From Puccinia triticina (lineage: Eukaryota): 64,000 nucleotides of DNA. Below the pieces are notes generated by a model. The model was not told where the DNA came from and made no database searches. It saw nothing but the letters and a program-made list of their open reading frames with translations. Both the position numbers and the translations under genes were made by a program. Of the stretch, positions 28,629-39,567 are shown one piece after another. The stretch spans positions 2,604,001 through 2,668,000 of the forward strand of contig CP110439.1 in NCBI GenBank assembly GCA_026914245.1, given 5' to 3'. Each line of letters begins with the position of its first letter. Position 1 is the stretch's first letter.

Positions 28629-29950
28629 TAATATTAGCAAAGTGAAAACAATCACCACATTCATGAGCATGTAAATAATATGAATTGAACACCAAGAAGT
28701 CATCTCAATCAAACAAAATTTCAAATGGAATTATTATTTGATTGTGGCCATTGTGTCTTAGTGTTTTCAACTGTGTTCCAGTTGACTTATGCATGACTTC
28801 TGGATGATTTATGTATTAATCCAGGATCAGTTTCAGATCAGTTGTGGATAAGTCCCAGCATTGTTCATTACTTCTTACACTAATTTGAACAAAGGCATCC
28901 AGCACATTTAAGGAAAAAGGGTATGGTATGGCACTCTCTGGAGAGTGTGTCAAAATCTCCCCTGGTGCTCTGGCAAAGCCTTACTTGGATAAATTTTCAT
29001 GAAGGTGAAGGCAAAACATTTTTAGCTATGCAACATCAATTGGATGGGTAATGACTGATGATGATACACAGAGAAGATCGTGCTGATAATTATATGAATG
29101 CAAACTTTCTCCTCAAGAGAATCCACAGCTTGTTTGAACTGTGTCTTGTTTTAATTTCCCAGAGGAGCTCTAGAGGCTCATAAATAGTACGGGAGGTGAT
29201 AGTTTAGAATAGCAGTAGAGGCGCATAGTATGGGGGCAGTGATGATAAGGAGGGTTACAAAGCTATTTCACGACCACATCAAAAACTGGAAGACATGCCT
29301 CCAGGCAAGCAGCTCTCCGGAAGAGCTCAAAGCTGTGAAAGCTGTGCTGGAGAGCCAGAAAGCGGCCCCAAAATTCCTCTCCAAGAAGGAATTAGAAGCC
29401 TTTGTTGGCCGGTAAAGAAACAGATGTTTCTGCCAGTGAGAACCTCCACAAAGAAAGCCCTCTCTTCCAATCAAGTTCTTGGGACCCCGTGAGTTTGGGA
29501 GCCTGTACATTTGCACTTGGATACCTGGAGGTTTAGCTTCACAGTGTCCTTTTTACAAGGGAACCTTTTGCAATGGGGAAAATATGTGTATTTTTACACT
29601 CCATTCAATTTACGGGGCCATGTACACTGTAAAATGCACTTTGTAAAATTCTATATCCCCTTATTTTACCCACTCCAGTTATTAATTTACTCTTGGGCAA
29701 AATTACAATTGTTTGTAGTGATATATTGTTTTCTGTTATCTCATCAGAACAGAAAACTGGTTATTGAATTTCTGAGGAGGACACAATTGAAAAGGTATTT
29801 TTGATAATTATGTAAATACCCATCAATGGTGATTCACAAAAAGGCAAGATGGGGGCATGGATATGAGATGTTGGCGCAAAAGAGATCAGCCCAATATCTA
29901 CACAAGTCATCACTAATTCATCACTATTGATCACTGTATCCATTCTCAAA

Positions 29951-31540
29951 TCATTGTTTCAAAAATTTTACCGGAGCAGATATCTTCTGGGAAATGAGGT
30001 CAAGACCTTGAGGGGTATAAATCTGTAAAAGGTTTTCTCTGAGTTCCCAGGCTTTGGTTGCAGTTCTCAAACGCTTTTCAGTGTTTTGTAGAGCCCATTC
30101 TCTAACTTGAAGATCCTCCGTGAAAGCAAGGATGTCATCCCCAGGAACCAGTTGGACCATGCTTTCCAATGTCTGCGCGTCACCTGGTAACTGTATGAGC
30201 TGAAGTTCGTAACCGGCTATGTCCTTGGGGGCTATGGCAGGCAGATAGACACATCAGTTCTAGGCATGACACTTCCCTAGGCTAATTAGTTGCCTGGCAG
30301 CTGGTGGCTTACACTTGAGTTCGGTTTCAAAAGCTTTGTAATGCTCTGATTGGATAACTTTTGACATGTATTTTTCAAAGGCTTTGAAATCCCCAAACAT
30401 CCAAGTTAGTCTCGATCGAAACTGCATGAACTCATCAACCAAGTTGGGGGGTAGTGGCGAACTGGCCGGCGCGTTTTCGGTCTTGCGTAGGTATTCGGCC
30501 AGCTCTGTGAGGTGAGGCTGTAATTTTTCAAGTTCCCCAAACAATTCAACCGGGAGAACACTTTTAAGGTACCTTGGCTTATACTCGAAGCTGTGATGGC
30601 AAAGCATCGTGTTTAATGAGGTTTTGAAGATATCCTGGGGTCCAAATAATCCATGTAAATTGGCCAGAGCCGCTATAAAGGGCTCCTTGCGGGAGCGGAT
30701 GGCTGCCAGTGGGAGTATTTGGGTGATCAGTATGATAGACTGTTTTTTTTTTTTCTTTCTGACGGGTTCTTGCATGCAGAGTGGGATCATTGAGCTCTTA
30801 CCTTTCCGAGAAGCCTGCAGGTCACGCCAGTTGAATTGCGAGATTTTTTTGGACAGAACGACAAGAGGATGTATGTCGCCAGGCCCCGCGGGTCTGGTCA
30901 GTTTCTCGGCGATCAGCTGGCTGTTGCTCGCTATTTCCGAGTCATACTTCTGCATCTCCCCCTCAATGACGAACTTTCGGATTTCGCGCAAATACCAGGT
31001 CGTCGATTGCGCGATTTGGTCTTTGAAGTAGGAAAGATCGACTGTTAGGTAAGATTCGTAGTTGCTTTCGATGATCAAGCCTTGGAGCATGTTTTCAACC
31101 ATGGTGTCGAGGTGCATTACTTGGTCTGAGTCGGACGGTATAGTAGAAAATTTGCCTTGAAGTTGGCGAGCGTAGCTGAATATCCTGGGCCGAGAAGTGG
31201 CGCGGTAAAGTAATTTTGCAAGAAAAGAGACGGACTTCCAAGTGGCGCTAAATTGATCTATCATAGCAGGTATGGGAGCAGCAGCTGAGCCTGAAGCTGG
31301 CAGATGCGGGCTCGGGTCTGTTGGAAGACGACGGCCAGAGCTGAGGAGAGGAACCAGGCGGTCAGAAGAAGTACTAGCGATTTGATCATAGGCGCTTTGG
31401 GGCTCGCGTGCTCTTGAGGAAGCTTCAAGGAGGCGGGCACTCTGATCAGCCATACGCTTGTGCAGGGTGTGGCGGGCGAGTGAGGAAGGGGAATGAGCGA
31501 GCCATAAGAACAGGAATGCAGAAAAGGGCAAGAAGATCAT
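29951..31540 (-). CDS. Large secreted, effector-like hypothetical protein, multi-exon
   Basis: Signal peptide MIFLPFSAFLFLWLAHSPSSLA followed by RHTLHKR|M (Kex2-like site). Helical-looking body. GT-AG introns near 30801-30703 and 30312-30232. The 3' end is approximate (ORF 29951-30169). Confidence 0.7.
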
Positions 31541-31750
31541 CGTGGGCAAGAAGGAAGTGGACCAAGGGGATGATTGTTGTTGGTTCAGCTGGAGGGATTT
31601 TAGGCAGAGCTGCAACGGCTGGACGAGGGAACCCGGTGTTCGATCTGATGCAGCAGGAAGTGGGCAATTGTACTAGGAGTGGATTCCCAAGGCGAGTTCC
31701 GACTGACTCCTTCACGACTCTTCATTTGTTCCCCGACCTCAAGGGAAACG

Positions 31751-33870
31751 TACGGAAGCCCTAGAGGGACACGCATCCGGCCACCGTTTGGAAAAATCAA
31801 AAAAATGCTATTTCACAAAATACAGATGCATGAAACATGTACCACATGTATAAACCTTCCAACTTTGGGATTCCATGAATCTCAGAGCTCATGTTTTCAT
31901 GTGAGAGCTTGATGTAAAGAACTCGCCCGACTTTATGGCTTTTTGACTTGTTAACTAATAAATATTTTGATTTTTGTTCGAGATTTTTGAGAAGATAACA
32001 TAAAATAACAAAATAAGTCTCTTGAGGGAAAACAAAACAAGACTGATGCATCACTATTTATAAAAGAAGGTACAACTTTTAACGAGGGAATTTCTAATAA
32101 TCATAACTCATTATAGATAAGACAACTGTTTATTAACACATCCTGATCTGTTTTGAACTGAAATTGTAACCAAGCGTAACCGAGAAGATTTGCACATAGA
32201 ATTTACACCTTGTATCTTTATTGTTCTTTATACATTTTTTTTTTTGGTGTTTCTTGTGAAGATACACGCCTAAGTGAACGACTTCAGTCTCATAAATTGA
32301 GAAAGAGGTCGGGAGCCCAATCAGCTGCGGAGATAGGTGAGCAAAGCGAACCCTGAACCGCAGTCCAAAACCGCCGCAGCGGGGCAGAAAAGACTGACCA
32401 CATCTCTTGGATGCGAACAGGTGCCACGCACGCGAGCAGGAAGATTAAGGTTGCGGAAAATCTCAACAACAAGTCTCTCGCAGATCGAATAACCACAGCA
32501 AGCGCCAAAGGTAAGCGGCTGGGTCTGAATCTGTCAAGTTGATCAGAATGAAAGCTAATGCTGCATTTGAACCTACCAGACGTTGTTAACCAAAAGGATA
32601 ACTCAGACAGAGCCGATTCCAAGCAAATTGCTGGTAACCAAATCGGTAAGCACTCAGTGCTAGACAAAAGCTTTTGGCAGAAACAAAAGGCAAAAGACTT
32701 ACGAGCTGTTTGTTAAAGCAGACAACGTTGCCGTACTGTTACGCCGTTTCCAAAAGTGAACTGGAGAAAGAGAGCGGAACGCTCCTCTCAAGTATAAACC
32801 TAAAAGGTTTCAAGAGGAAGAAAGCCGAGAGTACTGACGGATATAATCTGGTGTCCTCAGATCTATCAAGCAACTCAAATTCTCTATCAAGAAGGAAAAA
32901 GACCGCCTCGGGTTCCCACTTCCTCATCTCAACTCTTCACTTAAGTAGAAAGCGGCTTGTTGCTTGCTCTTAGGTAAAACACATTTTCAAGTCTTTTCCA
33001 GTATTCAATAAGAGATTGTAGTTAGATTAAAAATAGATATCTAACGGCAATCATAAATCTTAGTTTCCTGAATTCTTTCATTTCTGACCTGAGTTTGACA
33101 CTTGAGAAGGCGTACCATGGGACCACGGATTCATCAACAACTCCTCGGTCACCGGTACTGACCGGTCAGCCAGAGCGGTACACACCGGCCATCGGGAACG
33201 TATTCCCCTTGATGGCAGGTCCGTTCGGTCATTGAGGGCTCCCCTCAATGGGCTGTCCTCTTGGTCATCGAGATGAGTGTACGCTCCTGTAGATGACCAG
33301 AACAAACCGGTCATCAAGAGGAGTATGTACTCCTCAGGATGACCGGAACGAACCGGTCATCAAGAGAAAGATGTACTCCTCAAAACGACCGGAATGAACC
33401 GGTCATCGGGAGGAGTGCATACTCCCTCAATGATCGGAACAAACCGGTCATCAATCTACTCCTCAAGATGACCGGTTTGTTCCGGTCGTTGTGAGGAGTA
33501 CATCACTCTCTTGATGACTGGTTCATTCTGGTCGTTTTGAGGAGTACATCTTTCTCTCAATGACCGGTTTGTTCCGGATCTTGGGAAGTACATAACTCCT
33601 CTCGATGACCGGAACAAACCGGTCATCAAGAATGTGGCGAGTGACTATTGACGGCCGGTACGGGCCGGGCATCAACGGAGGTGTGGACTCCTATCGATGA
33701 CCAATCTCCACCGGCCATTGATTCAAGAATCCAACTTCTTGTTTCATGGAATCCCGAAGTTGGAAGGTGTATACATGTGGTACATGTTTCATGCATCTGT
33801 ATTTTGTAAAATCACATTTTTTGATTTTTCAAAACAGTGGCCGGATGTGTGTCCCTCTAGGGCTTCCGTA
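31751..33870. mobile_element. 2.1-kb non-autonomous element with TIRs of about 130 bp and an intron-bearing internal segment
   Basis: tacggaagccctagagggacac...gggattccatgaa (31751-31879) is the reverse complement of 33742-33870. gaaacg flanks both sides once 33875-34935 is removed. Confidence 0.85.
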
Positions 33871-34236
33871 GAAACAGGACCCTGGCAACCCCCTATAAAT
33901 GGGCGGCATGTAAAATCCCCAATTTTTCCAAAATTCATACATTTTCACAGCCCATTCATACACGTTTCATGTGTACCCTCAGAGGATTTCAAAAAATTTC
34001 ATACATATTTCATGCCTACCATTTTTTTCCGCGGGAGGGGGTGCAAGCCTGTTTTTTTGAAGCTATCCATTTTTTCTAGCTTCAAGGGCGCCAGTGCACA
34101 TGAAAAAACAACAAAATAAGAAATAAAATGTCTTGAATTACTGTACTAATGTTGAATGAATACAATCAACTGAAAATTCAATCACACTTTATTTTTTTTC
34201 TTTGCAAGAGCTTTCATATGTAGGAACTCTTTTTCC

Positions 34237-34349
34237 CTAACTTAACTAAGTCCCTCTCTATGTGGAGGGGGGACGCCGTCCCGCAGGGACCCTCCAAAGG
34301 AGGTCGGAGGTTGCTTCGCTCCCCCAAGGAGGGAAATTAGCTAAGTTAG
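34237..34349. mobile_element. Small Mutator-like MITE
   Basis: Ends ctaacttaactaag / ctaagttag. 9-bp TSD tctttttcc (34228-34236, 34350-34358). The same left end occurs at 55904. Confidence 0.7.
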
Positions 34350-34637
34350 TCTTTTTCCCAGTGTTCCAAGAATGAAGGTTGAGACATGGCAAGATAAAAA
34401 AAATTCATCAACCGGAAAGGTCATCAACAAATGGCTGGGTGCGCACTTTGCGCTAAATTGGCACCAATGAACAAATTTGACTGTTGACCATCCTGACAGG
34501 TCCTGTCGAGGGGGGGGTTGAGAGGGAGCGCTTGGTGGCTCCCAGCTGGTCTCATACATTTTTCATTACTACCCTCCCTTCCCTGAGGAAAATCTCATAC
34601 ATTTGAGGTGCCTACCCTTAATGGCAAAAAAAGGCAT

Positions 34638-34839
34638 TAAGGGTGTTCAAAGTTGAAATCATAAAATTTTCAGTGCATAAAATCATAGAATCATAAAACT
34701 TTCAAGTGATGATTTCATATGTACCATTCTAGAAATGTTGCTCTAATTTGAGTGCTTGGGTTCAACATATTTTTTCATCTTAGAATTTTATGATTTTATG
34801 GTGTTATGATTTTATGCAAGTCAACTTTGAACACCCTTA
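34638..34839. mobile_element. Palindromic MITE, same family as 21107-21287
   Basis: taagggtgttcaaagttg / caactttgaacaccctta. Confidence 0.75.
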
Positions 34840-35295
34840 TAATTCATACCATTTTCATGTGTACCATTTTGTGATTTTGCCAAATAATTCATACATTTTC
34901 ATGCCGCCCATTTATAGGGGGTTGCCAGGGTCCTGTAGAAACGAGACCAGGATGAAAAGGCTGTTTTTGTGTTTGTTTTCGCGTGCATGCATATAGCCAT
35001 ATATGCATAGTTGGAGGACTGCCCTGGGAGCCCCTTCCAGATCTAGTCGATCTGAGCCCAACTTCGCAGGGAGATCTATGGGACTCTAGGAGGCTTCCAG
35101 ATTGCGAGGGGAAGAAATGCTGGTTCAGTCTACGAGCTGTGTTTTAGTTTGGAGAACCATGTTGGATGGAAGGAGGTTCTTCACAGGATGGATTTTGGAG
35201 CCAAGGGTTGTTTCTCAGAGTGGATGGAAGTCTCCCATGGACTGTGTCCGAGGCCCAGCCAGCAGCCAGCGGAAGACATGCACTGCCACCACCCA

Positions 35296-35337
35296 CGACC
35301 ATCGACCATCGACCATCGACCATCGACCATCGACCAG
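35296..35337 (+). repeat. (CGACCAT)n heptamer microsatellite just upstream of an ATG
   Basis: About six tandem cgaccat units. Confidence 0.85.
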
Positions 35338-35338
35338 C

Positions 35339-37491
35339 ATGGCGCCGATCAGCCGAACGGCGAGCTCAAGCAACAGCAGACGAGCCACTGCAGCAGCAGC
35401 CAGCCGGATCGACTCAGAAAACGACACCCTCAACAAGATCCTCGCCGCCTCCGAGGAAGAGCACCGGCGCCACCAGGCAGAGCTGGCTCGGCGAGAGGCA
35501 GAAGAACTCGAGCGGGTCCGGATCGAGTCGGAGGCGGCAGCGAAGCTCGAGCGCACACGGACGAGCCTGCTCGAACAGGCCGAACAGGCCCAGCTCGAGC
35601 TGGTCATCCAGCACTCCCAGGCGATCCAGCACGCCAGCAGCCACGGCCCATTCAGCCCCCAGAACGAGCACGAGGAACGCATGGCATTCGAACTCGCAGT
35701 CGCCCTCAGCCTCCACCCAGACAACGCACGCAGTGCAGGACAGCAACAGCCAGAAGAAGTCAGTTGACCACAGAAAGAGAAAAGAAAGAAAGAGAGAAAG
35801 AGAGCTGAAACTACATTCCAGGTAGACCCGCCCTCCTACGAAAACTCCTTCCACGGACCACACCCTCATCCAGCCTCGCCCGCCTCCCCCCGCCCGCAGT
35901 CCATCTTCACCAGACCGCTCCCGCCGATCCCCAGCCAGCAGCCCCCCTCCTCGATCATCGTCCGGCCCCCCTCCGCCTCCCCCGGACACCCCCACCTGCC
36001 CGCCTCGCTGATCCAGGAGCCCGACCCCTTCTCGGACCAGTTCGCCACCCACGATCCCGACCCACCAGCCGCCTCCCCCGCGAGCTCCAGCCGCTCCTCG
36101 CTCCTCCTGCCGCCCCTCTCCGAGCCCGCCAGCCAGACCTCCTCTGCCTCCCATCTCTCGCCGCCGCCCGGTGAGCCCCAACCAAAAGAGCATGGCCCGA
36201 TCGCCTCGCCAGGCGCCGCTCCCTCGGACACCGACGGCCAGGGAACCCTCGCGCTCACCATCCCCTGCCCCTCCCTGCCCCTCCCCCTCTTGACCGCCTC
36301 GCCGGTCGGGGCCTCGGAAGACGGCGCCGCCATCAACCGGCCGGCCGCCGACTCCTCCTCCGAGTCCTTCGACGCCAACCCCAGCCCGCCCGAGTCCGTC
36401 GCCGAGGGCATCACCTACGGCCAGGTCCGCGCCATCGACCAGCCCCTCACCTCCGCTGGCCAGTTCGTCGACACCCTCGTGCTCTCCAACTTCTCCGACC
36501 CCGTCGATCGGACGAAGGCCTCCTCTCATGCCTTGGTCGCTATCGAGGCGTGGAGCTGGAACCGGCTGCTCACCTATCTGATGTGGTAAGACTCTAGTCC
36601 CTCTCCTTAGAAAAAAACAAACTGATCTGTTTTGGAGGGCGGTTTGCCAGGCACGGCAACTCGCAGATCGAGCCCGGTCCGTTGGACGTCAGTGAGGCGG
36701 AAGACGCGGGCACGGGGAGCTGGCAGATGGGCATGAGTGTGATCTTCAGGGAGCCGGAGGGAGTGCGGCCGAGCGTGCGACTCGTGATGGAGCTGATCGC
36801 GGGCACGGGGGAGAGCCAATGGAGCCGGGCGGAGGGCTGTAGCGTTGTCGGGGGCCGGAGCCGGCGACGGAGCTCGACGGTGCTGACGCGGCGGACGTCG
36901 ACGGACGCGGGCCGGCTGCCGGCCGGGCCGGTCCAGACGACCATCCATCTGCCGAAGCCGTTCCCGATCCTGCCGGTCTCCCTGGCCGGCCTGGCCTGCA
37001 CCCTGCACGAGATGCACACGGTCGCGCGGATGTCGTCGTGCGGCTCCCTGCGCCCCTCCTCGACCACCACCTCGACCACCTCCTCCGCATCCTCGCTCTC
37101 CAAACAGGCCCTCCCGTCCGGGCCGTCCAACCAGGAGATCTTCGCCCGTCTCGCCAAGGCCGTCGCCGCCAATGCCCGGCTCTTGGGCGAGGAGGAGGAG
37201 AGCAGACTGCAGGCCGAGGAGCGGCTCTTCAAGCGCGGCAAGCGCTGGCTCAAACGCACCACCCACAAGCTCGTCGGCGCCTCCTCGTCCCTCCCCTCCC
37301 ACTCCGCCGCCCCTTCCCGCCCGCCCTCCTCCTCCGCCTCCTCCATCGCCGCCGTCGTCTCCTCCGCTAACACCCACGACCACCCCGCTCCTGGAAGCCA
37401 CGGACGCCTCGTGCTCACCGTCGATGGCGAGGGACTGCCGCTTCCTACCGGCGCTACCCTCGTCAGACCATGGGAATCCGACTGGAACTAG
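35339..37491 (+). CDS. GC-rich, proline-rich hypothetical protein with UIM-like helices and a PPxY motif, three exons
   Basis: MAPISRTASS...; introns 35759-35821 and about 36586-36650 join the frames of ORFs 35102, 36290 and 36682. Stop TAG at 37489-37491. Confidence 0.7.
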
Positions 37492-38367
37492 TCTCTTTTT
37501 TTCTCTCACTCCTCTCTTCTGTATGACTACACACATATACACACACGCACGTCCTTCTCCCTGTCTTTATATGTTCTTCTTTCCTTGGGTACCAGTCGTC
37601 CTCCTCGCTTGCTTGGTCCGCCCCGGCGTCGTTCTCCCCCTCGCATCTGTCCTCTCTCTGCATCCATCCCCTCACCCGTCGTCCGTCTTACTGCTCTCGT
37701 TATTCCTGCGCGCCCTGTCCGTTGCCCCGGAGAAAAGCGCCTGTGCTCGGCCTATACATCCTGGCCACTTTTCCTCTCATTGCATATACTTGTATGAAAA
37801 AGAATCATTCGTTCGTATACGTACATCAGCTTGTCTTACCTTGTTTCTCTCTCTTCTCATCATCAATACATAACCCAGAAACCAGAAAAAAAGGGTCATC
37901 ATCCTGGCCCCATCACCGCCACAATTACACGTAAAATCCCTCTTGATTCAGATGACTGGATTGCAGACGACTCGTGATCTATGTAAGTACTTTTGGGTTA
38001 GCCTGGATATATACAGCAGCCTCTGGCATAAACAAAATGATAACAATACACACATGTGATGATCAGGAAGAAAGAACCGCCCATGGCCCTTAGAATAGAG
38101 CAAGTGAGAAAGAAATACACGGACAGATGGAGAGTAAATGGTATTTGTGGAAGGGAAATGAATGGTCAGTAAAAATAAAATTACATACATGCATCTATAT
38201 CAATGGATGTGTGAGATGGTTTTGAGATAGCACAGGATGATCTGATGAGCTACACGCAACAAAAACAAAGCGGAGAGGATAAAACAACAATGGGGTTATC
38301 AAGGATTGTTGGTGACTCTCTCTCAAGGTGGGGGGAGGAAGTGATAGATGTTTGTTAGGGGAGCTGG

Positions 38368-38994
38368 CTATTTCGGGGGAGAGTGGGTGGGAGAATGTTC
38401 TTGTCTGGGTCTGCGTCTGTGGTGTTTAGAGAGCCTTCGGCGGGCCTTCCAAGCGCGATACTCGTCCTTATTGAACACGATGAAGCCGACGACGAGGGCG
38501 AGGGTGAGGACGGCTGAGAAGAACTGGATGACGGACTTGTTGTGGTTGACGGGCGGTTTGCTAGCCTGATGGTCTGAGGAGTGGGTGCTGGGCGGGGTGC
38601 GGGCAGGGAAGAGGAACGAGGTGTCGAGGAGGGCGAGGGTGCCGAGGCCGATGATCAGGATGACGACGGGCAGGATGGAACGCTGTTCGTCTGGTGATGA
38701 TGCTTGCTCGTGGGGGCCCGGATGGATGTCAGCCGTGTCCGGGTTCCGAGGCGAGAAGCGGGTGGAGAGCTTGTGCCAGAGGTGCGTCTTGCTGAGCACT
38801 TGCTCCCACAGGACGATGGCGAGGCCGAGAGTGATGACGGCGAGCAAGGCGATGCCGAAGATCTTGAGGATGGAGAGCAGTTCGAGGAAGATGGCGAGGA
38901 TGGAGCTGAGGAAGATCGAGTGGCTGGTCCATCCGACCACGGCGAGCGACGCAAGCGAGCACCAGAAGAAGCCCTGGACGATCTGTTCGGCCAT
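38368..38994 (-). CDS. Hypothetical multi-pass membrane protein, 208 aa
   Basis: Single ORF with GC3-biased codons and four to five hydrophobic segments, ending in a basic tail. Confidence 0.65.
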   Translation of the reverse strand: MAEQIVQGFFWCSLASLAVVGWTSHSIFLSSILAIFLELLSILKIFGIALLAVITLGLAIVLWEQVLSKTHLWHKLSTRFSPRNPDTADIHPGPHEQASSPDEQRSILPVVILIIGLGTLALLDTSFLFPARTPPSTHSSDHQASKPPVNHNKSVIQFFSAVLTLALVVGFIVFNKDEYRAWKARRRLSKHHRRRPRQEHSPTHSPPK

Positions 38995-39149
38995 GCTCTT
39001 ACTTCTTGGACCGGAGGATGGTGGGCATGGGGGCCGGTTGGGCTGGGGTCCTGCAGAGGGTTTTATGGGGCGATCGCTTCCAGCTGTCGGCCGTCGAGAA
39101 GGGTGTCAGGGATGCTGCTAAATATGTACAATGTGTCGCTGTTGTACAC

Positions 39150-39544
39150 TATAAGACACCCGCACGGGTGAATGCAAATCTGACGATAAGAAATGCGTCG
39201 CTGATCAGCTCAGGCACGCTCGGTATCGGGTCCACTCTCGGTGATTGATTACACACCTGACGATAAGAAATGCGTCGCTGATCAGCTCAGGCACGCTCGG
39301 TATCGGGTCCACTCTCGGTGATTGATTACACACCTGACGATAAGAAATGCGTCGCTGATCAGCTCAGGCACGCTCGGTATCGGGTCCACTCTCGGTGAGG
39401 AAAGAGAGTGGCCGGTACCGGGCGCGCTGAGTTAGACTAGGTACAAGTGGCGTATGCATGTATCTACAGGATTGTCTACATGCATACACATGACTAAACT
39501 ATGATTAGTTAAGTTTGTCACCTTGGCACCCCCGGTCTCCAACA
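39150..39544 (-). repeat. 3' LTR (395 bp) with about 2.8 copies of a 77-bp unit
   Basis: Identical to 43922-44239 apart from one extra 77-bp unit. Confidence 0.95.
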
Positions 39545-39567
39545 TCCCCCCCCCAAGATGTCAAACT

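Larger units (their letters stand above)
25751..28967. mobile_element. Non-autonomous CACTA/CMC-like element (CACC ends), outer host of a nest
   Basis: 38-bp TIRs caccaggggtgactttgacacactctccagagagtgcc / ggcactctctggagagtgtgtcaaaatctcccctggtg. 3-bp TSD ctc. Confidence 0.8.
33875..34935. mobile_element. Non-autonomous TIR element containing two further MITEs
   Basis: TIRs caggaccctggcaaccccctataaatgggcggcatg / catgccgcccatttatagggggttgccagggtcctg. 6-bp TSD tagaaa (33869-33874, 34936-34941). Confidence 0.85.

Noticed and set aside
35215..37873. Long antisense and alternative-frame ORFs (up to 371 aa)
   Set aside because: Shadows of a very GC-rich plus-strand gene with few stops.
39180..39398. 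Regularly spaced identical repeats resembling a CRISPR array
   Set aside because: The units are fully tandem with no unique spacers and lie inside an LTR in a eukaryotic genome. No cas genes are present.
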